In this document: positions 59,160 through 64,000 of the stretch, piece by piece
How positions within the stretch are numbered: position 1 is the stretch's first letter
Layout of the letters: the number at the start of each line of letters is the position of its first letter
Source of the DNA: Candidatus Omnitrophota bacterium
GTDB taxonomy: Bacteria > Omnitrophota > Gorgyraeia > Zapsychrales > Zapsychraceae
Assembly: GCA_029261055.1 (NCBI GenBank)
Contig: JAJDCA010000014.1
Coordinates: 5,295-69,294, forward strand
Direction: 5' to 3'
DNA: 64,000 nucleotides
The notes under the pieces: generated by a model
Seen by the model: only the letters and a program-made list of their open reading frames with translations
Database searches by the model: none
Told to the model about the DNA's origin: nothing
Translations under genes and position numbers: made by a program

Positions 59160-60527
59160 ATGATACACGCACACATTAATGACATTGTAAAATGCACTAA
59201 AGGGAAGCTTGTTAAGGGGAATGAGGAGGTCCAGGTTAGAGGTGTATCCATTGATTCGCGGACTGTAAAGAAGGGGAACCTTTTTATTGCGATCAAAGGA
59301 GTGAACTTTGACGGTCATCGGTTTGTTGCGCAAGCGATTAAAAAAGGGGCGGCGGCGATTATTGTTTCAAAGCGAAAGGTCGTGCCTTGTGACGTTCCCA
59401 CTATTTTGGTCAATGATACAACGCAAGCTTTGGGTGAAGTGGCGCGATTTCATCGGTGTCGGTTTTCGATTCCGCTTATTGCTATTACCGGGAGTACTGG
59501 TAAAACCACCACAAAGGATATGATTGCGGCGGTCCTTAAAGTTAAGTTTAAAGTATTAAAGAATATCAAAACAGAAAATAATCAGTTCGGGGTTCCGTTA
59601 ACGCTTCTGAAGCTGAATGCCTCTTATGATGTGGTTGTGTTGGAATTAGGGACGAACCAGCCGGGCGATATTCCGTGGCTTGCCTATGTTGCCCAGCCCA
59701 CCGTGGCTGTTTTTACAAATATCGGGGAATCACATCTTCAAGGGCTCAAGACGCCGCAGGGGGTGTTTCGTGAGAAATATCAGTTAATTAAGCATACGGC
59801 TGAAGATGGTACGGTAATTTTTAATGGCGATGACATTTATTTAAAAACTATTACAAATAAAAAATTATCGCAGACAAAAATAACGTTTAGTATTCAAGAA
59901 AAATCTGATTACCAGGCTATGAAAATCAAAAAGAGCGGTAATTATAAGTTATGTTTTCAAACGTACCGGAATATTTTTTCTATAGTCAGTCCGGCTGAGC
60001 ATAATATTTATAATGCATTAGCCGCAATGTGTTGTGGCCGGTTCTTTAAAATTAGTTTTGATGATATTAAGGGTAGGATTTCTAGATTTAAGGGGGCTGA
60101 TGGGCGTCAAATTGTTAAAAAGTGTAAGAATTTTTGGTTGATTGATGATACGTACAATTCTAATCCTGTATCTTTTAAAAGTGCTTTAAAGACCTTGAGT
60201 TCTTTTGAAACAAAAGGAAGGAAAATTTTAGTGTTTGGAGATATGATGGAATTAGGTTCGCAAGCGCAGGATTTACATCAGCGGATGGGAAAATTGATTA
60301 GACAGTCAAGCATTGATGCTATTTTTACATTTGGTCAATATTCTGATCAGATAACTAAAGAAATTACAAAAAATTCAAAGGCTATGCAAGCAAGGCATTG
60401 TAAGACTCAAAACAAATTGCAGCAGCATTTACAGCATTTTTGTCAAAAGGGTGATGTTATCCTTATTAAAGGTTCCCGCAGCATGAAAATGGAAAGGGTT
60501 GTTGATTTTTTATGTTCTATTACTTAG
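59160..60527 (+). CDS. murF: UDP-N-acetylmuramoyl-tripeptide--D-alanyl-D-alanine ligase
   Basis: ITGSTGKTTTK P-loop and Mur ligase domain order. Confidence 0.85.
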   Translation: MIHAHINDIVKCTKGKLVKGNEEVQVRGVSIDSRTVKKGNLFIAIKGVNFDGHRFVAQAIKKGAAAIIVSKRKVVPCDVPTILVNDTTQALGEVARFHRCRFSIPLIAITGSTGKTTTKDMIAAVLKVKFKVLKNIKTENNQFGVPLTLLKLNASYDVVVLELGTNQPGDIPWLAYVAQPTVAVFTNIGESHLQGLKTPQGVFREKYQLIKHTAEDGTVIFNGDDIYLKTITNKKLSQTKITFSIQEKSDYQAMKIKKSGNYKLCFQTYRNIFSIVSPAEHNIYNALAAMCCGRFFKISFDDIKGRISRFKGADGRQIVKKCKNFWLIDDTYNSNPVSFKSALKTLSSFETKGRKILVFGDMMELGSQAQDLHQRMGKLIRQSSIDAIFTFGQYSDQITKEITKNSKAMQARHCKTQNKLQQHLQHFCQKGDVILIKGSRSMKMERVVDFLCSIT

Positions 60528-61597
60528 CTGAATTTCGTGACATTTTTTCCAGTTTAAATATTTTTCGATACATTACTTTTCGTGCCGGTATGGCTGGTGT
60601 GACAACATTTTTATTGTGTGTTGTGTTTGGTCCATATTTTATTAATAAACTTAAGAAAATGAAAATTCGGGAAATTGCCAAACGCGAAGATTGTCCGGAC
60701 TTGGATCAATTTCAGAATGCCAAAGAAGGTACGCCGACAATGGGGGGGGTGTTTATTGTAGGCAGTATTCTTTTGTCGGTTCTTTTATGGGCAGATTTAA
60801 GTAATCGTTATGTGTTGCTTACAATGGGAACATGTTTTTGGTTAGCTATTTTGGGTTGGGTCGATGACTATGTAAAATTAACACGAACAGCCCGCCGGGG
60901 GTTAAGCATGAAAACCAAATTGATTTGGCAAATCCTTTTGGGATGTTTTATTGGGACGTATGTTTTCTTTAATCCGGATACCTCAACGCAGTTAACTTTT
61001 CCATTCGTTAAGAGTTTTATTTTGAATTTAGGAATTTTATATATTCCTTTTGTGGCCCTCATTGTGATCGGAACGTCTAATGCCGTGAATTTAACTGACG
61101 GTTTAGATGGATTGGCCATAGGGTGTGTCTTGATTGTCAGTTTGACGCTAGCGATTGTGAGTTACATTACGGGGCATTTTCTTTTTAGTCAGTATCTTTT
61201 TATCCCTTTTGTTTCCGGTGCCGGGGAATTAGCCGTTTTTTGTACGGCGATGGTTGGCGCCAGTTTGGGGTTTTTATGGTTTAATTGTCATCCAGCCTCT
61301 GTGTTTATGGGGGATGTCGGCTCCTTGTCGTTGGGCGGGACATTGGGCGTGATTGCCGTTTTGATCAAACAAGAGCTGATGCTTGTGATCTTAGGCGGTG
61401 TTTTTGTGATCGAGGCATTATCCGTGATTTTGCAAGTGGCTTCTGTTAAATTTCGCGGAAAACGGATTTTTAAAGTTTCTCCACTGCATCATCATCTGCA
61501 GCTATCCGGTTGGAAGGAATCGAAAATCATCATACGTTTTTGGATTTTGGCCATTATTTTGGCGATGATTACTTTGACGATGTTGAAGATAAGGTAA
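60512..61597 (+). CDS. mraY: phospho-N-acetylmuramoyl-pentapeptide transferase
   Basis: NAVNLTDGLDGLA and FMGDVGS motifs, 10 transmembrane segments. Confidence 0.9.
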   Translation: MFYYLAEFRDIFSSLNIFRYITFRAGMAGVTTFLLCVVFGPYFINKLKKMKIREIAKREDCPDLDQFQNAKEGTPTMGGVFIVGSILLSVLLWADLSNRYVLLTMGTCFWLAILGWVDDYVKLTRTARRGLSMKTKLIWQILLGCFIGTYVFFNPDTSTQLTFPFVKSFILNLGILYIPFVALIVIGTSNAVNLTDGLDGLAIGCVLIVSLTLAIVSYITGHFLFSQYLFIPFVSGAGELAVFCTAMVGASLGFLWFNCHPASVFMGDVGSLSLGGTLGVIAVLIKQELMLVILGGVFVIEALSVILQVASVKFRGKRIFKVSPLHHHLQLSGWKESKIIIRFWILAIILAMITLTMLKIR

Positions 61598-62874
61598 TGA
61601 ATTTAACCAATAAAAAAATAACAATTATCGGCTGTAAACGCAGCGGGATGGCTTTGGCTAAGTTGGCTGTTCGTCTTGAAGCTCGGGTAAGAATTTCAGA
61701 ATACGGCTCTGAGGATTCGGTAACACCTGAGGATAGGAAGTGGTTCGAACAAAACCATATTTCTGTTGAGTTTGATGGGCATACACAAGAGTTTATCGAA
61801 GAAAGTGATTTTGTTATTGTCAGTCCCGGCGTTCCCTTTGATGCGCAACCGGTGCAGTGGGCCAGAGCGAAAGGAATTCCTGTTTTGGGGGAGGTTGAAT
61901 TTGCATTTCAATTTTGCTCTAAGCCTGTTATTGCTGTTACGGGCAGTTGCGGCAAGACAACGGTTGTCACGCTGATCAGTGATGTTCTTCAGGCCGCAGG
62001 ACATAAGGTAAGCTTGTGCGGGAATATCGGGATGCCATTTTCAGAGCAAGTATTGGCAACCGCGGACAAAGATTATGTTGTTTTAGAAGTAAGCTCTTTT
62101 CAATTGGAAACGTTGTTGTCCTCGGAAGATTGTCAGAAATATGATGTAAAAGGCTTTCAGCCGCAGATTTCTGTTTTATTAAACCTGAGTCCTAATCATC
62201 TGGATCGGCATAAAGATTTTGAAGAATATAAGGCCGCGAAAACCAGCATTTTTTTGAATCAAACATCCACAAATTTTGCGGTAGTGAATCAAAATGATGC
62301 TTTAACAAAAGATTTAGTTGAGCAAGTTAAGGCTAAGGTTTGTTCTTTTAATAATAGTGATGAGAATCCTAATTATGCGGCGGTTAGAGAGGTGGCTAAG
62401 ATTCTTGATGTAGATTCCGATATTTGTGATCAAACATTTCAGGCATTTAAAGGTATTGAGCATCGTCTGGAATGGGTGCGTAATATCAACGGTATTGATT
62501 TTATTAATGATTCAAAGGCTACCACAACGCAATCTACTATTTGGGCGTTCAATCGAGTTCAGCAGCCTATTTTGATGCTGTGTGGAGGCAAGGATAAAAA
62601 TCTTGATTTTACACCGCTAACAAAAATGGTCACGGATAAAGTCAAAAGGATGTTTGTGTTTGGTGAGGCGATCGATAAAATTCAGAACACTTTTGAAAAT
62701 TATGTGGATATTGAAACATGTGCCAGTATGAAAGAAGCTGTCGTGCGGGCACAGGCGACAGCTATTGAAGGGGACTGCGTTCTCTTAAGCCCTATGTGTG
62801 CGAGTTTTGATATGTTTAAGAATTATGAGGAAAGAGGAAAGGTTTTTAAGGAGATTGTTAATAATTTAAAATGA
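61597..62874 (+). CDS. murD: UDP-N-acetylmuramoylalanine--D-glutamate ligase
   Basis: ATG at 61597 overlaps the mraY stop (TAATG). VTGSCGKTT P-loop. Confidence 0.85.
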   Translation: MNLTNKKITIIGCKRSGMALAKLAVRLEARVRISEYGSEDSVTPEDRKWFEQNHISVEFDGHTQEFIEESDFVIVSPGVPFDAQPVQWARAKGIPVLGEVEFAFQFCSKPVIAVTGSCGKTTVVTLISDVLQAAGHKVSLCGNIGMPFSEQVLATADKDYVVLEVSSFQLETLLSSEDCQKYDVKGFQPQISVLLNLSPNHLDRHKDFEEYKAAKTSIFLNQTSTNFAVVNQNDALTKDLVEQVKAKVCSFNNSDENPNYAAVREVAKILDVDSDICDQTFQAFKGIEHRLEWVRNINGIDFINDSKATTTQSTIWAFNRVQQPILMLCGGKDKNLDFTPLTKMVTDKVKRMFVFGEAIDKIQNTFENYVDIETCASMKEAVVRAQATAIEGDCVLLSPMCASFDMFKNYEERGKVFKEIVNNLK

Positions 62875-63959
62875 AATCCCTTCGTATATCCATAGTCGCG
62901 ATAGTAACAATTTTAATCAGCATAGGCATAGTTTTTATTTACAGCTCCAGTGGTGTGTATGCCATGCAGGAATTGGGGGACCGGGCGTATTTTCTTAAAC
63001 GGCATGTGTTATTTTTGTTTATGAGTATATTAGCGGCCTGTGGGATGATGTTTGTGGATTATCGCCGTTTACGACCCGCGGCTAAGCCGATGATGATAGG
63101 GACCATTGTTTTACTTGTTTTAGTTTTGATTCCTATGATAGGACAGTCCAGTTTTGGAGCCAGACGTTGGTTTAAAGTCGGCGTTTTTCATTTTCAGCCT
63201 TCGGAGTTGGCGAAGTTTGTCATGTTGATATATGCTGCAGACTTTTTAGCTAGAAAACGGGATGCGATTAAGGATTTTGTGGAAGGGTTTTTGCCTCTTA
63301 TTTGTGTGGTGGGGATTAATTGTCTTTTGGTTGTTAGACAGCCGGATTTAGGGAATTCAATTCTTATCGCGAGCATTGTCTTGATTATGATGTTTGTTGC
63401 AGGGGCACGGCTTTTACATATGGGGCTTTTGATATTGGCGTCGGCACCTGTAGTATTTCTTTTGGTTGTTAAAGTTTCTTATCGTCTTAAAAGAATTATG
63501 TCGTTTTTAAATCCCGGACAGGATGTGCATGGGGTAGGATTTCAATTATTTCAATCACAAATTGCTTTAGGATCCGGAGGGATTTTTGGTGTAGGACTTG
63601 GAAAAAGCATGCAAAAGCTTTTTTATTTGCCTGCTGCACACACAGACTTTATTTTTGCGATTATTGGGGCTGAGCTAGGCTTGCTGGGGACACTGGCCGT
63701 TATTATTTTATTTGGAGCTTTTATTTGCCAGGGCGCCCGCATAGCCAAACGTACGCAGGATCCGTTTGGGTATTACTTAAGTATCGGGATTGTGGCCATG
63801 CTAGGCTTGCAAGCTGTTGTTAATATTGGCGTTAGCATAGGTGCTTTACCAACCAAAGGCCTTCCATTACCCTTTATCAGCTATGGCGGCTCTGCGCTCA
63901 TCTTTAATATGATGGCGGTAGGGTTACTGCTTAACATTTCACGTACAGAGGATTTGTGA
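62871..63959 (+). CDS. ftsW: peptidoglycan glycosyltransferase FtsW (SEDS family)
   Basis: SEDS polytopic architecture. Position after murD. Confidence 0.8.
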   Translation: MKSLRISIVAIVTILISIGIVFIYSSSGVYAMQELGDRAYFLKRHVLFLFMSILAACGMMFVDYRRLRPAAKPMMIGTIVLLVLVLIPMIGQSSFGARRWFKVGVFHFQPSELAKFVMLIYAADFLARKRDAIKDFVEGFLPLICVVGINCLLVVRQPDLGNSILIASIVLIMMFVAGARLLHMGLLILASAPVVFLLVVKVSYRLKRIMSFLNPGQDVHGVGFQLFQSQIALGSGGIFGVGLGKSMQKLFYLPAAHTDFIFAIIGAELGLLGTLAVIILFGAFICQGARIAKRTQDPFGYYLSIGIVAMLGLQAVVNIGVSIGALPTKGLPLPFISYGGSALIFNMMAVGLLLNISRTEDL

Positions 63960-64000
63960 TCCTTTCCTATCTTTAGTTGACGGGTTTAATTCCTCGGGGC

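Noticed and set aside
60742-60749. G8 tract inside mraY
   Set aside because: mraY is an essential housekeeping gene, so phase variation there is implausible. This tempers the phase-variation reading of the G8 tracts in giant gene 2 but does not remove it (two tracts in one accessory surface gene).

Overview
AT-rich (~38-40% GC) bacterial chromosomal segment, densely coded and mostly on the + strand. Left to right:

- 863-3015: an NfnA/NfnB-like ferredoxin:NADP oxidoreductase pair.
- 3102-3885: a TacA/TacT-like (DUF1778 + GNAT) toxin-antitoxin pair.
- 4167-8639: a 1490-aa giant secreted or membrane protein.
- 8693-9357: a small protein plus retropepsin-like aspartic protease two-gene module.
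- 9399-10253: panB.
- 10594-19678: a menaquinone cluster (menB, menA, menC, menE, thioesterase). Between menC and menE it is interrupted by a second, paralogous giant protein gene (13647-17357) and a RelE/YafQ-type toxin-antitoxin pair.
- 19863-25791: peroxiredoxin, Fe/Mn superoxide dismutase, and class Ia ribonucleotide reductase nrdA-nrdB with a candidate NrdR box.
- 25975-29052: a CPXCG zinc-finger protein, a DUF4126-like membrane protein, and a phage-like Bro-N/RhuM + SSB + secreted protein module.
- 29103-34122 (minus strand): a complete mla lipid-asymmetry operon (mlaFEDC + mlaA), headed by an unusual nucleotidyltransferase-DedA fusion.
- 35040-35205: tRNA-Pro(CGG) with an upstream partial duplicate carrying a double-hairpin insertion.
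- 35237-44074: acylphosphatase, metallophosphoesterase, ligA, xerD, CCA/poly(A) polymerase family, and rbfA-nrnA-truB-ribF.
- 44349-63959: a dcw cluster (mraZ with a textbook MraZ operator, rsmH, ftsL, ftsI, an ArsC-family gene, murE | murF, mraY, murD, ftsW). It is split between murE and murF by a ~9.3 kb Type I restriction-modification island.

The Type I island is the most striking feature. hsdM, hsdS and hsdR are interleaved with three uncharacterised genes: a membrane-anchored protein, a DUF3800 protein with an overlapping partner, and a DUF3800-like remnant. Its HsdR carries an apparently intact C-terminal LexA/S24-type autopeptidase domain. Also notable are the two paralogous giant proteins, which share N- and C-terminal modules, a 16-nt promoter motif, internal G8 tracts and flanking toxin-antitoxin pairs. 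All calls come from reading the sequence and its translations; no database search was possible.
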